From the NCBI GenBank assembly GCA_965153285.1, contig OZ229110.1: 64,000 bases of DNA. One strand, given 5' to 3'. Shown in pieces: positions 49,023 through 60,500 of the stretch. The stretch comes from Podarcis tiliguerta. Its lineage: Eukaryota. The translations under genes and the position numbers were made by a program. The notes beneath the pieces were generated by a model. The model saw only the letters and a program-made list of their open reading frames with translations, did no database searches and was not told the DNA's origin. Position 1 is the stretch's first letter. Every line of letters begins with the position of its first letter.

Positions 49023-52000
49023 ACCACCAGGAAGGCTTGTGCTACAGGGAAGAACAGCCAGAAAAGGGCTTTTTCTCCTGCGCAAGGGGATGGCAGGGGA
49101 ATGAGGTTAACAACATAAACACTTGTTTATAATGCAAATAAGCTAGCAATAGTTGCTCAGTATTCCTGCTTGCACCTTTGTGTTTCTTATTCTCATGCAG
49201 GATTCTTCCATCCACCAGTTCTTTTACATCTTATACCACAGAAAGCCTAGAACCAAGAACAGAACTAGACATAACAGCAGAACTTTGCTTATTATAGCTA
49301 GCTCCAGCACTATAGGTTCTTCACTTGGTTACCCAGCCAGGCAACAAATCCTTCTGGAGCTGTTGCGGAAGAGCTTGGGAATGGAAGTCCCAAGGTTCAG
49401 AGTTTGGTTCCCAAAAAGGAGAATGAGCAGATAATTCAGTCATTTTTCTAAGCAATTTTGTCCTCCACCCATCTTGCCAGAATACAGAGTAAGCAGTTGG
49501 AACAAGAGCACACTCATAGTTTGAAAAATAGGCATGTCAACAAAATCAAGCTACATTTTGCAGAGGATGACATGGGGTGCCGATAAGCAGCAAGGTGACA
49601 TTTTGATAGCCAAAGGGGTATTGAACCAGTGATAAACTTCATGCTAGAAAGCATTCCTGAAAATATTCAGACCTAGTGTTGGGGGTGTTTGCTAACCTAT
49701 GTTCTGAGGTTAAATGGATTACTTTGCCCTTGCCCTTTTCATTACATAGTAAATATATTATAATATTGGGAATCAGCTTTCCTACCCAAAGAAAATCTGA
49801 CATTTAAATTGCTAGGTTCCTACTGGAGGCTGGCTGTTTCTTCCCAGCACATGCCTGCTGACTCATCAAGGCAGTGCCGAAAGAATTCAGTCTAGGTTTC
49901 AATCAAACAGTCCCTTGTACAAAGAGCCAAGAGAGGCAGCAGGAGGCACAAGCAAAGCACAGTCCAATCCTGGCTCTAAAATAACATTCACCCATTTTAT
50001 CCAGCAACCCGACTAGCAGGGGATTAGCAATGAGGCTTCCCTCAACATGCTGAATATGCCCCTTTCACCTTTTGTGCTAGGATGCTTATCAGGCAATCTT
50101 GTTAAGCAGGTGCTAGTGGATTTGAAGGCAGGGAGAGGAAGAAAAATGTCACAGCATACATATGAAAGAAACTAAAATGCCTACAGCACCTATTGAGCCA
50201 GAAAGGTGTATTCACACCCATTTCCTTGTAAAATGGCTGGTATTTAATGCATTAGACGACAAAATAAGTGGATCTAATATACCCTCAAACAGAAGGGAAC
50301 TTGCTCAGCTATAAAGACATGCCACCCTAGAGTAGACTGCTCATGTGATAAGCCCTTTAGGTTATTTGGGGACAGTGCTGACCTTGTACAACCAGTAGCA
50401 GCTCACAGAATTGGCAGTAGTGTGGAACTCCAGTGTACTAGGATGCAGACGTGGTGTTGCATGGTCCTCTAGACAGCCTGAAAAGGATTTATACCAGACA
50501 TCTTGTCTGTAACTTGATTAAAAAACATTCTTTTGGCTGGACATACTTTGGGCTCTTAGCGGTTGACTTCTCTCACAAAAATATTGTTGTCCCTGAAGTT
50601 TCACTTCACCATTATGTTCTGTTCCTACCACCAGTACAGAGCCAACGGACAGCACTAACCTTTGTTCTGACAACAAGCTTCTATGCTATCTCAAAGCAAA
50701 CTGCCTCTCTGCCAAAAGAACTGTCAACATCCATAACATTCTAGAACAGGACTTTGTCTACCATTCAGGCTACATGCTGAAGTGTGAGGCACAACTCCTG
50801 CCCTCTTTCAGGTGAGCCGTCACATCAAAAGCACCACCCTGCAGGGCCATCCTAGAACCCCCCCCCCTTCCTATCCTAAAATCGTAAAGTTTATCAAAGG
50901 TTAGTGTATTTGAGAACCAAGAGGTGGGAAGTGATACTGTTACTCATTGCAAAAGGACCATGTGTCCCATACACATCCATCCTCCCTCCCATGAATTGCT
51001 GATACAGCTCTGATGGTGTGTTCCAGTTCAGAAGGCAGCACTTGATACACTGCATGTACTGTATTGGATTACAAAGTCGACACCCAACAACAATCTCCAA
51101 TCTGTAGTGACATCTAAGCCCTACACACAGATTAGGGGAAAAACAAAGACTACACTGAGTTACTAGCACTTGGCAAGATAGAATTTCATTTTGGAAACGT
51201 GTTGCTTGATATCCACCAGATACTGTTCCTCAGGCAAGTTCTGAAGGCTGATTAATCCTCTAGGTATTTTGAGAGACCAAAAACAGAAAAAGCAGAGAAA
51301 TGAGATTATACAATTTCAAACACAGAAAATTCTTCAGGGCCCATCTATCCCCTCTCCAGAACCTTTCCTATATATATCTTCCATAGGAGGCTCATCCAAC
51401 CTAGTTAAAAATTCAATCAAAATAGATCCATGAAGGACAGGCCCTATGGTGAAGGGAAATGGTCCACTTCAAGTGATAGTTTTTGATGTGACATTAAAAG
51501 GCAAACAACTGTCTTAAGAGCAGGATATCTGAAATATCGTCTTACCTCTCTTATGTACCCAAATGATCACTGTACTCTGCAAGGGAGGGCCTCCTACAAA
51601 TACCATCTTATCAGGTGGTCTTTAGTGCAGTGACACTTACCCTTAGGAATTCCCTCCCCTTGAATATCAGACAGGAGCTGTCTCTGTTGTGTTTTGGATG
51701 CCCACTCAAGACCTTCCTCTTTCAACCAGCCTTTTGAATTGAGATATTTCGCTGTCCGAATCCATATTGGAATTAATTTTATTGTTTTATCACTTGTTGT
51801 TTGCCATCCTATGCTCCTTTGCGAAGAAGAGTGGGATATTAACTAACTAACTAAATAATTTAAACCACCTTGAAAAAGGGCATCAGGACAAAAAAGCACA
51901 CCCTAAAAAAATACATAGAACACGATTTTATACATACTATACATGTTCAACAGGGCTTGCTCCTAGGTGAGTGTGTTGTTTCAAACTTTGAATCAAATGC

Positions 52001-54017
52001 CATAACACCTCCTCCTTCCTCTCTCATCACCTAATCAGTTCGCATTCTGCCTAAATAATTTTGGCACATCAAAAGCATAGAATCCTATCAAGATATCTGA
52101 GCATCTCCCTGTCTTCAGTATTATTATGGGTCCAGAGCAATATACCAGGATGCTCTCAACAACACTTTCTTCCACACATCTCATAACTGGGCTTTTAAAA
52201 GAGATTAGCTATAGCACTGCTGCAAATATGGCCCACTGCCAAACAACAGCTACAGTATGCCGCAGAACGATTATGTGAAATTGTATGCCATGCATACCAT
52301 GGCAACCCCGGAAAGTTTCACTTGTTACTTACAAACAGGATTTGAACAACAGCTGCTGAATTTGGCACAGAACCACCTTTCTTCTTTTCTTGAAAGCACA
52401 GTTCTTGCCCCAGTCTCGCACATGGGTGGCACACCACTCCCTTGATCATAATAGAGGTACTCGAATCAAGCGAATCAAGTCCAGCTTGATTTACGAGAGA
52501 AATAAAACTTCAATTCCCATTTATTATTCACAGCAAAGAGCTCTCCAAGGAGTACTCTCACCACAGTAGTTCGGACCTACTGGTCCGAAAGCTCTTCTAA
52601 GAAGAGTTGCACAATTAGCAGCTGCTGGCTCTTCAAAATCTAAATATGATTAGTAATAGAGCTACCAGCATCTCCCCCCCCCCCCCGCCGTTCAAAAACA
52701 GCATAAGGATGCATTAATTCCTTCTATTGCCTCCATCCAATGAACTACCACTACAAATGCTACTCCAAAGGTTCCCTCTTCTGCTATGACTGTACTAAAG
52801 ATTTGTAGGAGTGGTGTGCTTTTCACTTTAGTTTAAAAGCAATGGCAAAAGCTCACCATCAGGCCACCAGAACATTAAAAGCCTGTAATGGGATTTTGCT
52901 TGGAATTGCTTGTTTGAGTCCTGACCAATGAAATGGAGGACAGCAGGAGGAAATATATTTGAGAATGTCATTTATGAGTGGGTTATGCTACTAATAGGAA
53001 GATGGGAGAAACTGTTAAGGTGGAAACGCTAGATGCAGAAGCAGTGAATATGAGCGAGTTTTCCTAAAACATAGCAAGAAAACCAGGGGTTTTCATTTGT
53101 TGCAATGGCTTCCAACAAGCTAATTAAATATATGGAAAGCTGCTTCACAGTAATATTGAAAAGTATATATCTGAAATTATTAACATGTCCCAACTTGCCT
53201 AGTCATCTATAATTTAATAAGAATGCACAACGTAACTGTACAAGGCAGGGTACTGGGTAACAGACAAATGAATTTTGAAGATGGATTGCATTTTCCATCA
53301 CCCCAGCTGATAGTAAAAGATCACTCACCTGTCTGGGCATTTTTATACCAAATACAAACCTATATCTGTATGTCATTGAGAACAAGTAGCTATCTGGTCC
53401 TGAGTTGCCTTGCCACCTTTCCCATTTCACCTCCCTATGATCACATCGCCCCTGTAACTCTCTCCTGAGTTGCTTGTCTTTTCCAGCATCAGCCCCACAC
53501 TAGTAGTGCATACTTCCAACTATTTACCCTGTCAAATGCTACTTAAAACACCATTAAGGTTTCTTGGCCAAACCCCCGGGAGAAGGGTACTGAAGTCTCT
53601 AAAGCAGATCATGAATTCACTTGTAGTTAAGTTCTTATGTTGCTTTGAAACACTTTGCATACCTTATCTTAATGAAATGTCTCACAGTCATCTTGTAAAA
53701 TAGGACAGTATTATTTTCCTGATATTGCAGATATGGGGAGACCAAGAAATCACAGCTTGCCTAAGGCCACTTGGTTATTTCATCACAGAAGCTGCCTTAG
53801 CCCCTCTCTTTACCTTAGAGTACTCTAACTCATGCTCTTTCTTCTAGCCATGAAATTCGTAACACCCAAACGCAACTTCCACCTTTCAGTGTGTCAAGAC
53901 ACTTCCCTCTTCTTGAGTCTTTCCTCAGGATCCACCTCTGCAATAAAGCATTTCAACAAGTATCTCCTAGTCTCCTCTTGGTCATCTTTACTATTTGTAC
54001 ATGTCCCTACCCTACAT

Positions 54018-54369
54018 GTCCAGTATACCTGAAGGAGCGTCTCCACCCCCATCGTTCTACCCGGACACTGAGGTCCAGCACCGAGGGCCTTCTGGCGGTT
54101 CCCTCACTGCGAGAAGCCAAGTTACAGGGAACCAGGCAGAGGGCCTTCTCGGTAGTGGTGCCCTCCCTGTGGAACGCTCTCCCACCAGATGTCAAAGAGA
54201 ACAACAACTACCAGACTTTTAGAAGACATCTGAAGGCAGCCCTGTTTAGGGAAGCTTTTAATGTTTGATGTATCACAGTATTTTAATATTCTTTTGGAAG
54301 CCGCCCAGAGTGGCTGGGGAAACCCAGCCAGATGGGCGGGGTATAAATAATAAATTATTATTATTATTA
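54018..54369 (+). mobile_element. L2-clade LINE 3' end, relatively young, 5'-truncated
   Basis: Open ORF2 end YLKERLHP...RTLRS...RAFSVVVPSLWNALP...FRRHLKAALFREAF, then the 3'UTR GAAGCCGCCCAGAGTGGCTGGGGAAACCCAGCCAGATGGGCGGGGTATAAAT and an (ATT)n tail. Confidence 0.88.
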
Positions 54370-54773
54370 CCCAAGTGTCCTTCATGGAATGTAGACTGTA
54401 AAATCTTGAACAGGGACTATCCTTTGCCTATTCTGCTTAGCACTTAGTACACTGCTGGTGTAATGTAAATGCTAAATGTTAAAAAATAGTAACAGTGGTA
54501 GCACTACACTTATTGCACAAGAGAAGTATGCAAACTAAATCCCAAAGCAGACAAGTCAGGCAGACCGATCAATGAACCAGAAATAGGCACACATATTTTC
54601 TTAACCAGAAGCATTGCTAAACTCATGAATACTGAATACCGAATGCTGGGAACAATAAAAGAGGGCTTTTGCCTTCATGTCATGCTGCTGGATTTCTCAG
54701 AGGTAAATGGTTAGACTCTGTGGGAAAGAGGATGCTGAACTAGATGGACCATGTTGGCTTGATCCAGCAAGCT

Positions 54774-54940
54774 GTTTAACAGTGGAATGGTTTCCCTCGG
54801 AAGGTGGTGGACTCTCCTTCCTTGGAGGTTTTTAAGCAAAGGTTGGGTGGCCATCTGTCATGGATGCTTTAGCTGAGATTCCTGCATTGCAGGCATGACC
54901 CCTCAAGCTTCCTTCCAACTCTACAATTCTACGATTCTGT
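54774..54940 (+). mobile_element. CR1 LINE 3' fragment
   Basis: GTGGTGGACTCTCCTTCCTTGGAGGTTTTTAAGC...CCTTCCAACTCTACAATTCTACGATTCTG. Confidence 0.8.
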
Positions 54941-55167
54941 TATTCATGCTAAAAGAAAAGGTGATTAAAATACCATGGCTTGTATTCAACAGTAGTGCCT
55001 TTCCATTTGTGAAAGAGTTTTTGATCCAGCCTCTGCTAATGGAAAGGTGGAACAGCACAGAAGGTGATGTGGGGGCTACTAGGGGAAATCAATGAAAATA
55101 GTCTCTATCTTCCATTAGCAGAGGCCTCTGCTGACTCACATATCCTTCTGAGAATGGAAAGACTCAC

Positions 55168-55230
55168 TTCTGTTCATAGAGGGGCACCATTAGATATATC
55201 CCCATAGGTTTTGGAAGTCGGCACGGACTA
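55168..55230 (-). other. Candidate TTLL4 5'UTR exon (63 nt)
   Basis: Strong acceptor ccttatttttttctgtacag and donor GAA|gtgagt; there is no coding support. Confidence 0.35.
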
Positions 55231-56299
55231 CTGTACAGAAAAAAATAAGGTTTAGTACTTAAAACTGAAATAAAATGTGTAAGAAACAAACATGCTGGAT
55301 GAAATGGAGAAGCATTGTTATAGCTTTGGAAAATGACTTTCACACAACCCACCTGGAAAAATCCTTGTACAAAAACAGCAATCAGAGCTGCAGAGCTGTG
55401 TAACTGTTGACTTGCAAAAAACTGAATCCTGAACACATCACAGACAATGACTGGGACAGTCCAAGACAGCAGAAAATGCAAAGGAAGGAAGCCTTGGTTT
55501 TTAGAATTACATTTTACTAAATAACGCACTAGGAATATATGACAAAATAAAGCAATATGTCAGTCAATACAATAAAATGGAATGTCTTCAAGTTGTACTA
55601 CCCACAACTGTTAAGAGTTACCTGACTAGGAAGCAAAGGTGCATATTATTTCAGCTGTTTTGCACATATGACATAATTCAGGAAAGAGAGTGCAGCACAT
55701 GTCAGGAATCACCTCCTTTTCAAACTCTGAGATTGGGCCACTAATATACTGAACTACATCTGTTTCAAAACCCTAAATGTTGCAGCTAGCATAAGCAAAT
55801 GGAATCAAGGTCACACCATTAGCAATTGTCTAAAGGGTGTGTGTGTGTGTGATGTAATGACCTAACAGACTATGACAAAACCGGTCGTGCTTTGAGAGAA
55901 TACCGCTTTATTAACAGACAAGCGGTACCATAAAAAGTAAACAATTGATTATATCAAACTAGCAGTCAAAAAACTGACAAGATGGAGACACTGGTAAAAT
56001 GCTTGCCAACATGTAACATGTGAACAGGCCCACCCACGAATAGAACTAGTTCACCAGCAGAACGAGTCTATCATTGGGCTGTGAACTCCAAACACGGGTC
56101 TGATGTTTCGAGATAAAACCTGCACAAGAACGGAAGACCAGTCATTGAACGCTTCGCCACGAAAAAAACCCCAAGGCCAGGCGTTCACATGGCCACGTTT
56201 TTTCTGTCTTGAGCCTGATGAAGGGCTGCACCCAGATCTGCCCCCATGAATTCCTCTCAAACCCCCATTCCGTAAACCTATAAGTAGTAAGAAAGAAAT

Positions 56300-57560
56300 A
56301 TAACTTTCCCCAACCCGCCATCGGGGATGTGGGGAGGAAAACTGGCGGTCCCCACGTGTCGACGTTGCCTGGGGCCAAAAAGAAAAGGCGCTAGAGGGCG
56401 CGAGCCCTTCGTGTGAGCTCAGTCGCCGGAGCGCGTGTCGTCTCGCGCCTCGTGTGAGCGCCTGAGAACAAGAGCCCGGCACGTAACTCTCGCTCTAGGG
56501 CAGGACATGGGGAAGCCTGGGCGCGGAGTCCAACACCCTAGTGAAGGGAGACGGGAAGGGAGGGACATGCGAGCGGTAAACCGGCTCTGGTGGCCACGGG
56601 GCCCCATTCCCCACTTACCGGCTCCGGGGCGGGCGGTGGCTTGGCCCCCTCTGGCCCAACCCGAACCTCCCGCCGTCACCATAGAGACACTTCCGGCTAA
56701 GGCGGGACCAGAATGCCGCGTGCGGCGGCTTCAAGCGCACCCCGCCCCACGCCCCTCACTTAAGCGTATGAGGGACGCTGACGGAACTGCCCGGCATAAG
56801 GAAAAAGCGGGAACTACGCAACGCGTGACTTCAGCTACCATCATACACCGCGCCATTCCACTTCTAGGCGAGTAGAAGGCGGCTCCGGCTCCAGGAAGCG
56901 CGTCCAGCGTTCTACTACATTTCCCAACATTCCACGGTGCTAAGGCAAACGGGGCTCCTTCCCCGGGGCGGGGGGCGGGGCTAGTGACAAGGAATGTCTG
57001 ATTGAATTTCTCGAATGTCCATAGCATGGCCATATGGGCCTTGCAAAATGACGTCACCGAGCCTAGGAGCGGAAGTGGGTGGGGTGGGAAGAGCCAAGGT
57101 TTCCTTGTTTGCAGCAGAGAAGGCGGAGTCTACCTGCTGTTTTTGGTACTGATCTGTCCCCCTCCCTGCTTTCTCCTGTTTTCTTCATGGGTTATTTTTC
57201 CTCCTTCCTGCTATGTGGCTTATCGTTAGCCGACAATGCTGTTCTCCCTTCTCTTTCCACACCGTTTGGGTGCTATGCCCGCCGCCCCTTCGTTAGCTGC
57301 TGAAGCACCCATGGGTGCTGCAGCTCCTCCTCCTCTTTCTTCTCACTCTGCCCCCGTGGGTGCTGCAGCATCTCCTCCCTCCTCCGGTGAAAACTCCCTC
57401 CTGTGCTCCGATCCCGCAGTTTCTAACCCTGTTTTTCCCCCAGCAGGTAGGATTATTGCCCCTCATCCCTCGCTGACTCCAGCCCCGTTGCAGCGCCATG
57501 GAGTTTCCAGATTTAGGTGCCCACTGCTCAGAACCGTCTTGCAAGCGCCTTGGTGAGAAT
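56300..57560. promoter_or_regulatory. CpG island / bidirectional promoter shared by TTLL4 (-) and ZFAND2B (+)
   Basis: Locally high GC and CpG content. ZNF143/SBS motif ACTACATTTCCCAACATTCC (56914-56933), tandem GC boxes GGGGCGGGGGGCGGGGC (about 56964-56981), full CRE TGACGTCA (57049-57056), ETS motifs ACTTCCGG (about 56689) and CGGAAGTG (57070-57077), X-box-like GTCACCATAGAGAC (56675-56688). Confidence 0.85.
56619..56700 (-). other. TTLL4: Probable non-coding first exon of TTLL4 (transcription start approximate)
   Basis: Consensus donor CCG|gtaagtg at 56618 on the minus strand, inside the CpG island and next to ETS and X-box-like motifs. Confidence 0.65.
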
Positions 57561-60500
57561 GTGTCTTTAGCTGCATGCCTCACATGGACTCCCTTCCTGG
57601 TTTCTATCTCGTTGGGGAACTAAACTGAGGTCAAGGGACTTAGATTGGGAAGGATTATAGTTTGGCAGAAGTTCTCGTGTTCAGTCCCTCGACTCTGGGC
57701 TGGGAAAGGCTCCTGTCAGATCGTGGAGAGTCTTTGGAAGTTTGTGCAAACAGTTCTGAGCTAAGTGGACAAAGGTAAAAACGGGTGGGGTGGGGTGAGG
57801 AGGGACGAAATACTGTACCAAGGTAGGCAGTAAACAACAGCCACTAAAACAGGGTGGGAAGCAAAACTCTGTTTGCAGCTGTGACACAAATGCAGACTAG
57901 TCATCAGAATTCTTCCATTCTACCCCCCAATACAAAGAGCAGCGTGGTGTTGCATAACAGGTTGTACTACTGAGTGTGGGAGCCTGGATTTTCTGGGTCT
58001 GCTTATGAGTGTGTGTTCTGGAGCTGAATATCAAAGTTCTTGTTTTTGAGTCAGATTTGCCCTTCAGTCAAGGGATGTGTTTTGAAGCTAAGCACACTAC
58101 GCAAAAAATTTCCACTGAAATGAACCTTGAGCATGTTGTGGAGCTGTAGTTCATGAAAGTGTTAGCAGGCAGATTTGTGCTGATTTTTTCAAGGGCTTCT
58201 GTTTTCTCAACAGTTCATATCTTGTTTTGGTAAGTACTGATGACTTCTAGGAACTAGCTAGAAAATTTCTGAAATAGTTTCTGTCATCATGCACAAGTTA
58301 TGCTGGTAGTATGTTGCAGCTTGGGTAGCATGTCGTGATGGCTCCAGCATATTCTTTTACATGTGGAGCACAGCATGTTAAAAGGGCTTGCCTCCATTTA
58401 GGTGGTGTGTTAGTGTTGGTAAAAAGCTAACAGGTGAGTAGGTGCATCTCTATGGAGACGCACCCTTGGTATTTTCCAAATTATAAATGATCTTGGTGTC
58501 CCAAGTTGCTTCAGTGCTTAAAGTAATGGCATAAATTTCATTCCCAGAAGAAATCGAGCAAGTGCTAATGATCATAGCACACTGCACAGTCTTTGTTTTT
58601 GTTTTCATTAGCTCTACCTTTAAGGGAAAGGCCATAGCTCAGTGGTAGAGCAACTGCTTTATTATTGATCAAGGTGGCAGAGAGAGTGATGGCAGAGCAG
58701 AACTGGAGTTCCTAGAGGATGCAGACGATCAGGATCCATCTCAGGTTGGAATCAGGCACAGTTTTGGGACTGAATAAGCCTTGGTTACTTGGATAGATGA
58801 TCTGTATTGAGAGCAGGACAAGTGGAATGCGCCTGTGCTTCTGCCTCCCGGTCTGTGGCTTTTGAAGCCATTGATCAGTGTCCTCCTGGAACAGCATGGT
58901 GGGATGAGTGTTGGGGGCACTTTTTACATTGGCTCCATTCCTGCGTACAGGGCTATGTCCAGTGAATAGCACTGAGAGATTGCATCTTTGTCCCATGGTC
59001 CTTTTGTTATGCTGTGCCACAGGGCATGGTTCTGCTGCTGTTTGGAGCAGTTCTGTTTCTCTGTAACATCTGAGTCACAAGAGGCTGTGTTTGGTCTGGA
59101 ACATTGTCTAGATGCAGTTGTGGAATGGATGAAGGCAAATAAACTGAGCTTAAACCCTGGGAAGATGGAGGTACTGTGGATAGATGGTTCCTGTGTCTGA
59201 GAGATGAGCCATTTGCCGGTTACTTTCCCTCTGAAACAACAGGTTTGTGGGTGCTCCTGGATCCATCTTTGTCACTTGAGTTTCAGATTGCCTTAGTGGC
59301 TAGGAGTACATTTTACCAGCTATGGCAGGTGCATCAACAATAGCTATTCTTGGATAGGGATAACCTGGCTGTGGTAATTCATGCACTGGTAACCTCAGTT
59401 CTTGATTACTACCTGTGGGGCTACCCTTGTGCTTGGTTCAGAAGCTCCAGCTGCTGCAAACTGCTATGGGTGGGCTGTTGATGGAGGCAGGAACATAACC
59501 CTGGTGCTTAAAAAATGTGTAGTAGCTGGCTACATGTTACTGGGTCAGGTGCACAGTTCTTGTATTAATTTGCAAGACCCTTAGCTACTTGGGTCTAGGA
59601 TATCTTCAGGATTAGGTGGTCCCCTACATCCCTGTCTGATCGCTGAAATCTTTCAGGGAGTCTCTGTTGGTTGTCTTCCATGGTTCAGATGCATGTCTCG
59701 TAACTACTAGAAGCTGTGCATTCCTTATAGTGAATCCAAGCTTATGAAACTCCCTCCCAGCTGAGATTTGATAGACACTCTTCTTGCTGAACTTCAGGCA
59801 TATGACAAACTTGCTTTTTAAAAAAATATTTTTTATTATTTTTCCAAATTATTACAAATCAAACCAAATTACTTTAATACAATTTCTTAAATATCTGGTT
59901 TCCTGCTCCTGTTACAAACATATGTTTGGAACTTTCTCATCCCAGCAGATACTTTAAGGTAGTGTTTGGGTTTATGTTAAGTTTTATTATACATTTTTAT
60001 TGTTTTGTTCTTTGTATGGTTTATTAATAATGCTAATGATTAAGCAGTATATAAATTATTTAAATAAATATCCAGAAAGTTCCAGGTTTGATTCCTGGCG
60101 TCTTCTGATATGGCTGCGAAAGATTACTTCTAACTGAACTCTTGGGAGAGTTGCTGCCCTTCAGTGAGCTAGGTTGACTCAGTATAAAGGCAGCTTCCTT
60201 TGCTACCTGTCTCATATGAACACATCCCTTATGCCAAGAATGGAAAATTTATGGTCCTTCATATGTCGCTACTTCCACCACCGCTAACCATTGGCTACAC
60301 TGATTGGGGATGGGATGGTAGTTGGAGACAAACAACATCTGGAGAGTTTCAGGTTTCCTCACTTCTACCTTACCCAGCCACGCTCTCCCATACAAGAAGA
60401 CCAATCTGTCTAGCTTCGGGGAATCCCAGATACAGTGGTACCTTGGGTTAAGAACTTTGCTTCAGGATGAGAACAGAAATTGTGCAGCGGCGGCGAGCAG

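Noticed and set aside
53891-54268. 125-aa ORF
   Set aside because: It is the C-terminal fragment of L2 ORF2, not a host gene.
56051-57583. Long ORFs over the TTLL4/ZFAND2B promoter
   Set aside because: Same CpG-island artefact; no recognisable domains.
58624-58660. tRNA-like sequence GGCCATAGCTCAGTGGTAGAGCA
   Set aside because: It is a SINE head with no complete cloverleaf, not a tRNA gene.
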